Positions 1 through 9,044 of a DNA stretch of 64,000 nt are shown one piece after another. The notes beneath the pieces were generated by a model. That model made no database searches, was not told the DNA's origin, and saw only the letters and a list, made by a program, of their open reading frames with translations. Made by a program: the position numbers and the translations under genes. Numbering within the stretch: position 1 is the stretch's first letter; each line of letters opens with the position of its first letter. The stretch spans positions 11,955 through 75,954 of the forward strand of contig JAJPKP010000061.1 of assembly GCA_021323675.1 (NCBI GenBank), read 5' to 3'. The stretch is from Pseudomonadota bacterium (GTDB taxonomy: Bacteria; Desulfobacterota; Binatia; Binatales; Binataceae).

Positions 1-759
1 CTACACTTCCTCGACGAACATGTCGCGCACGGCATCTTCAAGCTGGCGAGTAAGGGGTGCGCGATCCTTGCTGTTGAGGTTCGAGGTTGGAATCGGCCGG
101 CCGATCGTCATCCGCATCCTTCCGCCTGGAACGACAACCTTTGCCAGGCGGGGAAAGAACGCCCCGGAGCCGCTTATTGCCATCGGCACGGCCGGGAGCT
201 TGGTCAGAGCCGCCAGCCATGCGGCGCCGTCTTCGAACTCATGAACGCGGTTGTCGCTGAAGCGATGCCCCTCGGCGAAGACACACAGGTTGTAGCCCAT
301 TCGCGCGATCTCGACCGCTTTGCGAATCTCCCTTCCGCCGCCCTGGCGGTCGATGATCACGTGGCCGCCATGCTTCATCGCGTAGCCGACCAGGGGAATT
401 TTGAGCAGCTCCTTCTTGGCGACAAATCGAATTGGTCCGGGCATATAGGCGGCGACCGCGAAGATGTCGAAGAAGCTCTGATGGTTGCAGACGAGGATAT
501 AAGAGCCGATGCCGCGAAGATTCTCGAGTCCCACGATATCGACCTTGACGCCGCAGATATTGATGAGCGCGCGGGCCCAAATCGTGCTGAGGAAAGTCAC
601 CGCGCCCAGCTGCCCCATCCGCGCGCAGATCGCCGTCGGAACGGCGAGAACCGCCGTCACCAGTACGCAGATGAGAGTCGCGATCGCGCCCCACACGGTT
701 TTGAGAAGACGCGCGGGCGAGGCTGACGCGAGCGAAGCGGTTTCGACCTGGTTCGACAT
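1..759 (-). CDS. plsC: 1-acyl-sn-glycerol-3-phosphate acyltransferase (lysophospholipid acyltransferase family)
   Basis: NHQSFFD (HxxxxD) motif, FVAKKEL, FAEG motif, N-terminal TM segment. Confidence 0.9.
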   Translation of the reverse strand: MSNQVETASLASASPARLLKTVWGAIATLICVLVTAVLAVPTAICARMGQLGAVTFLSTIWARALINICGVKVDIVGLENLRGIGSYILVCNHQSFFDIFAVAAYMPGPIRFVAKKELLKIPLVGYAMKHGGHVIIDRQGGGREIRKAVEIARMGYNLCVFAEGHRFSDNRVHEFEDGAAWLAALTKLPAVPMAISGSGAFFPRLAKVVVPGGRMRMTIGRPIPTSNLNSKDRAPLTRQLEDAVRDMFVEEV

Positions 760-768
760 TGGCCTCGC

Positions 769-774
769 ATTATA
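769..774 (-). promoter_or_regulatory. Perfect -10 hexamer (TATAAT) 9 nt upstream of the plsC ATG
   Basis: Minus strand reads TATAAT-GCGAGGCCA-ATG. Confidence 0.55.
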
Positions 775-932
775 GCGGCCCGCGTTGAACGCGGCACGCG
801 CTCAGCCGATCGGGCGTGATAAGCGGCGGCGGGAACTTCACGTTGACTTCCTCTAATGTGACTGATACTTGAAATTTAGATGGACCGATGGGCGGGCAGG
901 CGTGCCCGGCGCGGTCATGTCGAGGGGACGCG

Positions 933-1121
933 ATGGAAGGACACATCACCGGCTTCCAGCAATTCGTAAGCATCCTGATTCAGCCCGACAATATTCCGAT
1001 TATCGGGATGATGATTCTGGTGCTGTTTTTCACTTACGTCGCCCTCAAGCAAGCGCGGCGCAACGACCAGCTAATCGAGCACGGCCAGCGCGACAAGATT
1101 ATCGAAGAAATGCGCCGATAA
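933..1121 (+). CDS. Small single-TM membrane protein (62 aa)
   Basis: GAGGGG RBS at 922-927, ATG 933; PDNIPIIGMMILVLFFTYVALKQA hydrophobic helix followed by a charged tail. Confidence 0.75.
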   Translation: MEGHITGFQQFVSILIQPDNIPIIGMMILVLFFTYVALKQARRNDQLIEHGQRDKIIEEMRR

Positions 1122-1160
1122 GCCGGCCTTCCAGCCCCTGGCGCTCGAAAGGTAGTTCGA

Positions 1161-1634
1161 ATGCCATACACGATCATCGCGGAAAACTGCACCGGATGCA
1201 GCGCCTGTGAAAAGCGGTGTCCCACCGGCGCGATCTCGGGCATTTCCAAAAAAGTCTATTTCATCGAACCGAGCCACTGCATCGATTGTGGCGCCTGCGG
1301 CGTGATTTGTCCCGACGAGGCGATTCTCAACAACAAGAACGTCCTAACCCATGTGCTGAAGCGCGCCGAGCGTCCCATCGCCGTGGTCCATCCGGACAAC
1401 TGCAACGGATGCGGCGTTTGCGTCGATGTGTGCCCGTTCGAGTGCATCTCGCCTTCGCCCGAAAACAACGCGGTGTACCTGGGGCGTGTGCACGTCAACG
1501 AAAAGACCTGCGTGGGATGCCTGCTCTGCGAAGAGGTTTGCGGATGGGACGGAATCTACATCATGCCGTCCGGCCGGAAAGAGGACTTTCTCAATTCGCT
1601 CGGTTATTCCAGCGCGGCCGAAGATGCCGCCTGA
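1161..1634 (+). CDS. Polyferredoxin with four [4Fe-4S] motifs
   Basis: CTGCSACEKRCP, CIDCGACGVICP, CNGCGVCVDVCP, CVGCLLCEEVCG. Confidence 0.93.
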   Translation: MPYTIIAENCTGCSACEKRCPTGAISGISKKVYFIEPSHCIDCGACGVICPDEAILNNKNVLTHVLKRAERPIAVVHPDNCNGCGVCVDVCPFECISPSPENNAVYLGRVHVNEKTCVGCLLCEEVCGWDGIYIMPSGRKEDFLNSLGYSSAAEDAA

Positions 1635-1666
1635 TTTCGGCCAGGCGCGGCCGAATTTCGACAGGA

Positions 1667-2170
1667 ATGGAGCCGGCCCGCGGGCCGGCTCTCTTGTTTC
1701 GAGCGGCGGTCCTGGCGGCAGTCTGGCTTGTCATCGCGGTCCTCGCGCCTGCCGGCTATGGCGCCGAACACCTTGATACTCCCGGCCCCTCCGAGACCGC
1801 AGAGGAGGCCTGCGCGTCGATTCGCACGGCGCTGAACGATCTGGCCAAGGCGGAGCGCGCCGAGGCATTCGCCCTGAGTCTCGCGTCAACGCCCGGAAGT
1901 TCGACGACGATAATCGAGGCGCGGCTTGCGACCGTGCTGGATCGAACGCGGCGGCTGCGCAACGTGCTTCGCCAGGTGCGAGACAAGTCCTCTCCGCGAG
2001 ATTCGCGGGTCGAGCAGTGTACGAAGATGGGCTATCACGCCCTGGTGGAAGCGGAGAAGCTGACCACCAATGTGGAAGAACTTCTGCGCAGCCGCGAGAG
2101 CGGGGAGGCTTCGCTGCCGGAAGGACCGGTCAGGTTAGACGCGGGGCCTGCGCCCGCTGAGCAACCTTAA
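1667..2170 (+). CDS. Hypothetical exported helical protein
   Basis: Start moved to ATG 1667 (upstream ACAGGA); signal-peptide-like AAVLAAVWLVIAVLAPAGYGA; two Cys. Confidence 0.6.
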   Translation: MEPARGPALLFRAAVLAAVWLVIAVLAPAGYGAEHLDTPGPSETAEEACASIRTALNDLAKAERAEAFALSLASTPGSSTTIIEARLATVLDRTRRLRNVLRQVRDKSSPRDSRVEQCTKMGYHALVEAEKLTTNVEELLRSRESGEASLPEGPVRLDAGPAPAEQP

Positions 2171-2966
2171 TCCTGCGCGCCGCGGTCCGCGGCTTGAGCA
2201 GCGCCGCCATCGCGAGCAGGATCAGCAGGAACTGGGCTCCGACCGATTCCATCGTGGGGAACAGGCCGATCGCCGGGATCTGCGGGATGTGATCGATAAA
2301 AGTCGCGGGCAGCACGTTCGCTTCCTGCCAGCTTCCTACGCCCTGACCGACGAAGATCACCGCGAGTGCGTACAGCAGGATCGACGTCATCGAAAAGAAC
2401 GTGCCGAGCGGAATTCGGTAGGCGGCGCGCGTGAGAATCCAGAACACGATACCGAGCGCGATGCTCGCGGCGACCAGGCCGGCGAAGATCGCGTGCCGCT
2501 CCGCCACTTCCGTGGCTCCGGCGGTCAGGCCCTGGAAAAAGACGATGGTTTCGCCGCCTTCGCGAATTACAGCCATGAACGCCGTGATGCCCAGCGCCAT
2601 CGCAGGCACGGCGCTGCGTTCCGCGCCATGCACTTTCTCGGTGATGAATCTGCTCCAGCGGTCGGACTGGCTCTTCGAGGTAAGCCACGAGCTGACGTAA
2701 AAGAGGGTTGCCGCCGCGAGAAACTGGAACGTTCCCTCCAGCGTGTCGCTCGCGTCGTCGCCGATCAGATGATTGACCGCCCACGCGAGCAGGATGCTGG
2801 CGACGACCGCCGCGAGCGCGCCGAGATAGACATCGTTGGAGCGATCGCGCCCGCCGATATTTCGTGCGCCCGCCGCGAGTGCGATTATCACCAGCAGCGC
2901 CTCGAGTCCTTCGCGCAGCAGGATGCCGAAAGAGTAGAGGAAGTAGGGGGCAGCAGCGTGGCTCAT
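2130..2966 (-). CDS. FTR1/EfeU family iron permease
   Basis: Two RExxE motifs (REGLE, REGGE), about 7 TM helices; start MSHAAAP at 2966. Confidence 0.9.
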   Translation of the reverse strand: MSHAAAPYFLYSFGILLREGLEALLVIIALAAGARNIGGRDRSNDVYLGALAAVVASILLAWAVNHLIGDDASDTLEGTFQFLAAATLFYVSSWLTSKSQSDRWSRFITEKVHGAERSAVPAMALGITAFMAVIREGGETIVFFQGLTAGATEVAERHAIFAGLVAASIALGIVFWILTRAAYRIPLGTFFSMTSILLYALAVIFVGQGVGSWQEANVLPATFIDHIPQIPAIGLFPTMESVGAQFLLILLAMAALLKPRTAARRIKVAQRAQAPRLT

Positions 2967-2970
2967 AATT

Positions 2971-3021
2971 TTGAGAATGATTCTCAATTGCGAGAGTAGT
3001 TGCATCCGAGCCCCTTGTCAA
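2971..3021 (-). promoter_or_regulatory. sigma70 promoter (TTGACA-N17-TACTCT) with a Fur-box-like palindrome over the transcription start
   Basis: -35 at 3021-3016, -10 at 2998-2993; perfect inverted repeat TTGAGAAT-G-ATTCTCAA at 2971-2987, close to the Fur 7-1-7 consensus TGATAATnATTATCA, upstream of an iron permease. Confidence 0.8.
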
Positions 3022-3188
3022 TCCGCATCCGCCTCCTCTTCGAACCTGCAACCGTAAGGAGCCCGCCTTGCGGCCTTTTGCCGCCCGGAGTATTTTCCCA
3101 TCTGAAGCGAGGCCGCCTTGGAGCGAACCCCCGCTTCATCCGTTTTTATGGGGATGCGAATCGGCGCCCACGGGTCTGGTGAGGGTTG

Positions 3189-3551
3189 ATGCGCTGCATC
3201 TATTGTCACGAACGGGCAGGTCTGATTCGCAAGGTGTGCGATTCGTGCGGCAAGGTCATTGCGGTCGTTGAGCACGCCGGCGGGGACGTCGGGATGGCAG
3301 GCCTGGTGGACCTGTTCATGGCCGAGGGACTTACCCGCGAGCGGGTTGACGTCGTCCTCGATGCGCAGATTGACGGGCAGCCGACCTTGCGCGATCGGCT
3401 CACGGCCAACATGGCCAATGCCCTGATGCGCGGTCTGGGGATGCCCGGGCGGCAATCGCCCGAGGACGTGAAGAAGGTGCGCGAGGCGATGAAAAGCGGC
3501 GGGGCGGGAACCTGGGTAAAAGGCGAAACGCCGCCAGGATGGGCCCGCTGA
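3189..3551 (+). CDS. Hypothetical protein with N-terminal Zn-ribbon-like CxxC...CxxC
   Basis: CIYC and CDSC near the N-terminus; GAGGG RBS. Confidence 0.7.
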   Translation: MRCIYCHERAGLIRKVCDSCGKVIAVVEHAGGDVGMAGLVDLFMAEGLTRERVDVVLDAQIDGQPTLRDRLTANMANALMRGLGMPGRQSPEDVKKVREAMKSGGAGTWVKGETPPGWAR

Positions 3552-3577
3552 AAATTGCGCGGCAAGAGCGCCGGCCT

Positions 3578-3853
3578 ATGGAAAAGGATCGCAGCGACTT
3601 CGCCGTGATGAATCGGATGATCGATCATATCCGGCTGCTCATCGCGGTGGATGACGAGACGATTCCGGTCAAGAAAAAGCTCGAGACCCAGGCGATCCTG
3701 AAAGAGTTCCAGGCGCTGCTTGCCGATCCGCCCGAAATGCAGGAGCGCCGACGCATCAAAGGCTACTATGAAATCCTGTGCCGCGAGCTCGCCGACGAGG
3801 CCGACGTCGCGGCACTGCTGAGCTCTCTCAGGAATTACATTCCCTTCATCTAG
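3578..3853 (+). CDS. Hypothetical helical protein
   Basis: Protein-like composition, co-oriented within an operon-like run. Confidence 0.65.
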   Translation: MEKDRSDFAVMNRMIDHIRLLIAVDDETIPVKKKLETQAILKEFQALLADPPEMQERRRIKGYYEILCRELADEADVAALLSSLRNYIPFI

Positions 3854-3876
3854 CTTCGGAGAGTGGAGAAATTCGG

Positions 3877-4758
3877 ATGGCGATAAGCACGGTAGGAGTT
3901 GTGGGCGCGGGCCAGATGGGCTCCGGTATCGCCCAGGTGACGGCGCAGGCGGGTCTGAAAGTGCTGATGAGCGATATCTCCGATGAGATGTGCAAGCACG
4001 GGCTCGAATCGATCGGCCGCAATCTCGACCGGATGGTTCAGCGCGGACGCTTCAAGCCCGAGGAGCGCGACCGCATCGTGTCACGGATCGAAACCACCAC
4101 GGCTCTCGAGGATCTCGGGCGCGCCGACTTCGTCATCGAAGCCGTGGTCGAGAACGAAGACGCGAAGATCGCGCTGCTCCAGAAGCTCGACAAGATCTGT
4201 CCGCCGGAAGTGATCTTCGCCTCCAACACTTCGTCGATCTCGATCACCCGGATGGGCGCGCGCACCTCGCGCGCGGATCGCGTGATCGGGATGCACTTCA
4301 TGAACCCGGTGCCGGCGATGCGGCTGGTGGAGATCATCCGGGGGCTTGCCACTTCCGATGACACCTATGTGGCGACCCGGGCGCTGGCCGAGCGGGTCGG
4401 CAAGACCACGATGACCGCGCAGGACTTTCCCGGATTTATCGTCAATCGCGTCCTGCTCCCGATGATCAATGAAGCCATCTACACCCTCTACGAGGGCGTG
4501 GGAGGCGTGACCGATATCGATACCGCGATGAAGCTCGGCACGAATCAACCGATGGGTCCGCTGGAGTTGGCGGATCTGATCGGACTCGACACCTGCCTGG
4601 CGATAATGGAAGTGATGCAGCGTGTGCTGGGCGACGACAAATATCGCCCCTGCCCGCTGCTCAAGAAATACGTCGATGCGGGATATCTCGGCCGCAAGGT
4701 CGGCCGCGGGTTTTACAAGTACGATGCGCAGGGGAATCCGATCCCGCCGACCGGCTAG
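3877..4758 (+). CDS. hbd: 3-hydroxybutyryl-CoA dehydrogenase
   Basis: GAGQMG Rossmann motif, ASNTSS, GMHFMNP, GFIVNR, PMGPLELADLIGLD. Confidence 0.92.
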   Translation: MAISTVGVVGAGQMGSGIAQVTAQAGLKVLMSDISDEMCKHGLESIGRNLDRMVQRGRFKPEERDRIVSRIETTTALEDLGRADFVIEAVVENEDAKIALLQKLDKICPPEVIFASNTSSISITRMGARTSRADRVIGMHFMNPVPAMRLVEIIRGLATSDDTYVATRALAERVGKTTMTAQDFPGFIVNRVLLPMINEAIYTLYEGVGGVTDIDTAMKLGTNQPMGPLELADLIGLDTCLAIMEVMQRVLGDDKYRPCPLLKKYVDAGYLGRKVGRGFYKYDAQGNPIPPTG

Positions 4759-4803
4759 AGCCGGGGCGGCCACAGGCGCGGACGCGCCGCGGGAGGTGAG
4801 CGT

Positions 4804-5037
4804 ATGGCGGTCAAGGCTTTCATCCTTATCGATACGTCGCCCGGCAAGGCTCGCGAGGTCGCTGCCAAAATCAGACAGGTGCAGGGAGTCTCGGTTGCGC
4901 ATGCGGTGACCGGCCCCCACGACATCATCGCGATTGCTGAAGCCGCCGACGTCACCGCGCTCGGCGAGCTCGTGGTGCAGAAGATTCAGAGCGTGAGCGG
5001 AGTGAACCGAAGCTTGACCTCGATAGTCGCCGACTAG
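4804..5037 (+). CDS. Stand-alone Lrp/AsnC ligand-binding (RAM) domain protein
   Basis: 77 aa, VTGPHDIIA motif, no HTH; GGAGG RBS. Confidence 0.85.
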   Translation: MAVKAFILIDTSPGKAREVAAKIRQVQGVSVAHAVTGPHDIIAIAEAADVTALGELVVQKIQSVSGVNRSLTSIVAD

Positions 5038-5073
5038 CGGCGAAACTTCATTTGTTCAGGAAGTCTGTGCGGC

Positions 5074-5574
5074 ATGGCTGAACTACCCGTAGTCAAAAGG
5101 CTTAAGAAGGAACTCGAAGTCCTCAAGCGCGAGCTGACGGTCGATCTTCCCAAGGAACTCGAACGCGCGCGCGCACACGGGGATCTTTCCGAGAACGCCG
5201 AATGGGCGATGGCGAAGCAGCGCCAGGAATTCCTGCGCGCTCGCGTCTCCAACATGGAGGCGCGCATCGCCGAGCTTACCACCATCAATCTCGAGTCCAT
5301 CCCGCGCGATACGGTCGGACTCGGCAGCCGCGTCCAGCTCGAAGACCTCGACGAGGGCGGGACGGTCGAGTACGAAATCGTCGTGCCGGAGGAAGTGGAC
5401 GGCGGGCAGAACAAGATCTCGCTGTCGTCGCCGCTCGGGCGCGCGCTGATCGGCAAGGCCGAGCAGGACGACATCGAGGTGGTGACGCCCAAGGGCAAGC
5501 GTTCCTACCTGGTGAAGAAGCTCGTCACGATTCACGCGCTGCTCGCCCAGGAAAGCGCCAATGGCCAGGCTTGA
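5074..5574 (+). CDS. greA: Transcription elongation factor GreA
   Basis: HGDLSENAE, ISLSSPLGRALIGK. Confidence 0.92.
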   Translation: MAELPVVKRLKKELEVLKRELTVDLPKELERARAHGDLSENAEWAMAKQRQEFLRARVSNMEARIAELTTINLESIPRDTVGLGSRVQLEDLDEGGTVEYEIVVPEEVDGGQNKISLSSPLGRALIGKAEQDDIEVVTPKGKRSYLVKKLVTIHALLAQESANGQA

Positions 5575-5777
5575 AGACCCCGGGCCGCCCGCGCCGCGAG
5601 CCTGCCGCAAGGGCCTTCTCCCACGGGAGAAGCAGGCGGCCGGGAGTGTCCCGTTCCAGCCGCAGGCTTTCCCGCCGCGACAATGGAATAGCGGCCGGCC
5701 TGACGCTCGAGCCGGCTAGAGTTCGAGCGGCCTCTTTCAACCGTCAACTCGAGGTCAATTGAGGTAAAGCTGAGGGT

Positions 5778-6113
5778 TTACTTCTCGGGCGCGGTGATGT
5801 CGACGGTACTGGTCTCGCCCGCCTTCACCTCTACATACTCGGCGTGCTCTCCGCCCCATACGGAATATTTCCCGGGCGGTACGGAGAAGCTGAACTTGCC
5901 GTCGGAGTCAGTCTGTGCCCGCGCCGTGATATTCCCGGTGTCCGAGTCGATCAGCGTGATCTCTCGCCCTGCGAGCACCGGACCCAGCCTGGTGGAGTCG
6001 TAATGCTTCACGCCGTGCACCACGCCGGTCACCGTGCCGGGCTGCGGCTGCAAAGCGCCGCATCCCCACATCAGCGCGGCGATGAGAAGGTATCGACCTC
6101 CGAAGCACTTCAT
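5778..6113 (-). CDS. Lipoprotein with a carboxypeptidase-regulatory-like (prealbumin fold) domain
   Basis: Lipobox LMWGC; TDSDGKFSFSVPPGKYSV motif. Confidence 0.75.
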   Translation of the reverse strand: MKCFGGRYLLIAALMWGCGALQPQPGTVTGVVHGVKHYDSTRLGPVLAGREITLIDSDTGNITARAQTDSDGKFSFSVPPGKYSVWGGEHAEYVEVKAGETSTVDITAPEK

Positions 6114-6133
6114 CGCGGTCCCCTTTCATAGGG

Positions 6134-7921
6134 CTATGCCCGATACATCGCTTCTATCGCATCGCGATAGTGTTCCTGAACGACCTTGCGCCTGAGCTTG
6201 AGAGTCGGCGTGAGCTCGCCGTTCTCCTGGGAGAATGGATGCGCGATCAGCGTGAATGCGCTGATCGCTTCAACATCTGAAAGCGGTTTGTTGAATTCCC
6301 GCATCTTGGCCTGAAAGAGCTGCCTGAGCGCGGGAGACTGCACGATCTCGTCCGCGGGCTTTCCCTTGAGCGAGTTCTTTTCCAGGTGTTCCGCCAGATT
6401 TTCGAAGTTGGGCACCAGCAGGGCAGCCAGATGTTTGCGGCGGTCGCCGAGCACGCACGCCTGCGCGATGTGCGGATCGGCGGTAAGGCGGGTCTCCAGG
6501 TTGGCGGGCGAGATGTTCTTGCCACCCGAGAGCACGATGATTTCCTTCTTGCGGTCGGTAATCGTGATGTAACCGTCCGCATCGATCGACGCGATGTCGC
6601 CCGTGTGAAGCCATCCGTCGGAATCCAGCGCCTCGCGCGTGTCTTCGTCGCGGTTGTAGTAGCCCTTCATGATGTTGGGTCCGCGCAGCAGCAGCTCTCC
6701 ATCGGGCGCGGTCCGCGCCTCGACGTGTTCGAGCGGAGGGCCGACGGTGCCGATCTTGATCCGTCCGGCGATGGGATTCACCGAGACTACCGGCGATGCC
6801 TCGGTCAGCCCGTATCCTTCCACGATCGGCACTTCGGCCGCGGCGAGAAAACGGAAGATATGTTTCGGCAGGGGAGCGCCGCCCGAGATCAGGCATCGGA
6901 GCCGCCCGCCGAACACGGCGCGAATTCGTTGAAACACCAGCGGTCGAAAAACCGCCATCGCCAGCGCCAGATGTGGCGGAAGCGGCTGCTGGCGATGCCG
7001 ATAGGCGGTTGCGCGCTCTCCAGTCGCGAGCGCGGCCCGGAACAGTTTCTGCCGGAGAGGAGGACTCGACTCCACGGTTTTCATCACGCGGCTGTAGATC
7101 ACTTCGAGCAGGCGCGGCACGGTGAGGACGATCGTCGGCTGAATCTCGAGCAGGTTCGAAGCGATCGACGCGAGCCCCTCGGCGTAGGCGATAGTCCCGC
7201 CCGCGATCATCACGGTGTAGTATCCGGCGGTTCGCTCGAACGAATGGGCGACCGGCAGAAAGGACAGCGTCATGTCCGATTCCCGAAGCGTCAGGGCTTT
7301 CTGCGAATCGGCGCAATTGGCAAGCAGGTTTCCATGCGTGAGCATCACGCCCTTGGAAGGCCCGGTGGTGCCGGAGGTGTAGATGAACGTCGCGACGTCC
7401 TCGCGCGATCCCTCGACGATCGCCGCGGGCGAGGCCTCGCTCGCGGTTGCGATTGTCACCACGGCGGGGCCGCCGTTGTTCGCAGGCTGCGGTGTCGCGT
7501 CGCGATGCATCGCGATGATGGTCTTCATCTCAGGCAGTGATGGCGCCAGCGCCAGCAGCCTTTTGACGTGATCCGCGCCGTTGGCGGCAACCACCTTTGC
7601 CCCGGAGTCCACGATGACGTGGCGGGTTTCCTCGGATCCACTGGTTGTGTAGAGCGGGACCACGATGGCGCCGAGTCCGAGAACCGCCTGGTCGACGATC
7701 ACCCATTCGGGCGAGTTGTCGGAGAGAATCCCGACGCGATCGCCGGGGCTAACGCCCATCTTCCTGAGTCCCGCGCGCAACCGCCCGGCGGCTTCGGCTA
7801 TTTCGCTCCACGAATGGTCGTGCCACGCCTTGTCGTACTTGTCCTTCAGGAACGTGCGAGAGCGGTACTTTTGCGCCTGATGTTCGAACGCCTGGGCGAG
7901 CGTTGTGAAGTTTTCGGACAT
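6134..7921 (-). CDS. fadD: Long-chain fatty acid-CoA ligase (AMP-dependent synthetase)
   Basis: YTSGTTGPSKG, EGYGLTE, WLHTGDI, ELTPTLKLRR. Confidence 0.9.
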   Translation of the reverse strand: MSENFTTLAQAFEHQAQKYRSRTFLKDKYDKAWHDHSWSEIAEAAGRLRAGLRKMGVSPGDRVGILSDNSPEWVIVDQAVLGLGAIVVPLYTTSGSEETRHVIVDSGAKVVAANGADHVKRLLALAPSLPEMKTIIAMHRDATPQPANNGGPAVVTIATASEASPAAIVEGSREDVATFIYTSGTTGPSKGVMLTHGNLLANCADSQKALTLRESDMTLSFLPVAHSFERTAGYYTVMIAGGTIAYAEGLASIASNLLEIQPTIVLTVPRLLEVIYSRVMKTVESSPPLRQKLFRAALATGERATAYRHRQQPLPPHLALAMAVFRPLVFQRIRAVFGGRLRCLISGGAPLPKHIFRFLAAAEVPIVEGYGLTEASPVVSVNPIAGRIKIGTVGPPLEHVEARTAPDGELLLRGPNIMKGYYNRDEDTREALDSDGWLHTGDIASIDADGYITITDRKKEIIVLSGGKNISPANLETRLTADPHIAQACVLGDRRKHLAALLVPNFENLAEHLEKNSLKGKPADEIVQSPALRQLFQAKMREFNKPLSDVEAISAFTLIAHPFSQENGELTPTLKLRRKVVQEHYRDAIEAMYRA

Positions 7922-8335
7922 GCCTGCCAATACCTCCCCGGCGACCGAGATACTTAGCTGAAAGGATGGCGGCCGCCAATCTTGAGGGCGATAAGGAAGG
8001 GTGCCTCCGTCATGAAGCTGGCCTCTTGGGCGATGGCTTGGGAGATTCGAGGGAGCGGAGCGATGACGACGCGACGAGCGCGAGAGGCTGTCAGGGCGAA
8101 TGAGGAATAAATGTCCGTAAAATCGTGAGAATTTCGGCGGCGATTGATTTTTTGCTTAAGTTTTGGATGAATGACGTAGCGAAAATTTTTCATTTCACTA
8201 ATCATGGGGCTGATGCACATAATCGCGCCGAATTCATACATACCCCGCCGCGGATCCTGCAGTATCTCCGCGGTGTGCAACGGTTTTAGGGGCAGGCAGA
8301 GCGCGTAACAGGCGCGCAGGGGGTTAGGGTCTCAG

Positions 8336-8998
8336 ATGCTCGAACATTTGTGGTTCCCTCACGATATCTCCACCTTTGGGCCGCAGGTCGACTGGCTGTT
8401 CTTGTTGATCTTCTGGATCACCGTTATCACCTGGGCCGCGGTCATGATCGCGATGGTCGTCTTTCTCTTCCAATACCGCCATCGCCCCGGACGAAAAGCC
8501 GAATATATAGAAGGCAATTCCCGGCTCGAGATCTTTTGGACCACCGCAACGGCGGTCATCATGATCGCGCTGGCGACGCTGAGCAAATCGACCTGGGCCG
8601 AGATCAAGGAGAACGGTCCGCCGGGACAGGTCTTTTACAAAGTCACCGCCAAGCAGTTCAACTGGGAGATCACCTATCCGGACCCGGATGGCAATTTCGG
8701 ACCCAAGGCGCTGACGGTCGAGAATGAAATGCACGTTCCGGTGAACAAAGTGGTGCGTTTCGACCTCACCTCGAAGGACGTGATCCACAGCTTCTTCGTT
8801 CCCAATATGCGCCTTAAGCAGGACGCGGTTCCGGGGCGCACGATTCACGTATGGTTCGAGGCCAAGGAGCCCGGCACCTATGAGATTCCGTGTGCCGAGT
8901 TGTGCGGCTTCGGCCATTCGGGAATGCAGGGCACTCTTACGGTTGAGTCCGAGGCCGACTTCCAGAAGTGGCTCAAGGACCAATACGCCAACCAATAA
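8336..8998 (+). CDS. coxB: Cytochrome c oxidase subunit II (no fused cytochrome c)
   Basis: Two TM helices; DVIHSF and CAELCGFGHSGM CuA ligands. Confidence 0.95.
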   Translation: MLEHLWFPHDISTFGPQVDWLFLLIFWITVITWAAVMIAMVVFLFQYRHRPGRKAEYIEGNSRLEIFWTTATAVIMIALATLSKSTWAEIKENGPPGQVFYKVTAKQFNWEITYPDPDGNFGPKALTVENEMHVPVNKVVRFDLTSKDVIHSFFVPNMRLKQDAVPGRTIHVWFEAKEPGTYEIPCAELCGFGHSGMQGTLTVESEADFQKWLKDQYANQ

Positions 8999-9044
8999 CA
9001 AGGTTCAGACGCCGGACTTCACGGCGCGGGGGAGATAGCGTTAG

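Noticed and set aside
1217-1666. N-terminal extension of the 317-aa ORF
   Set aside because: It overlaps the ferredoxin in another frame; a signal peptide begins at ATG 1667
5575-5777. Hairpins (CTTCTCCC/GGGAGAAG) after greA
   Set aside because: Likely a simple terminator or stabiliser between convergent genes; not repeated elsewhere in the window
8090-8240. FNR- or Rex-like boxes in the AT-rich cox promoter region
   Set aside because: Only weak partial matches and no convincing palindrome; the 108-aa minus-strand ORF here is also unlikely to be coding
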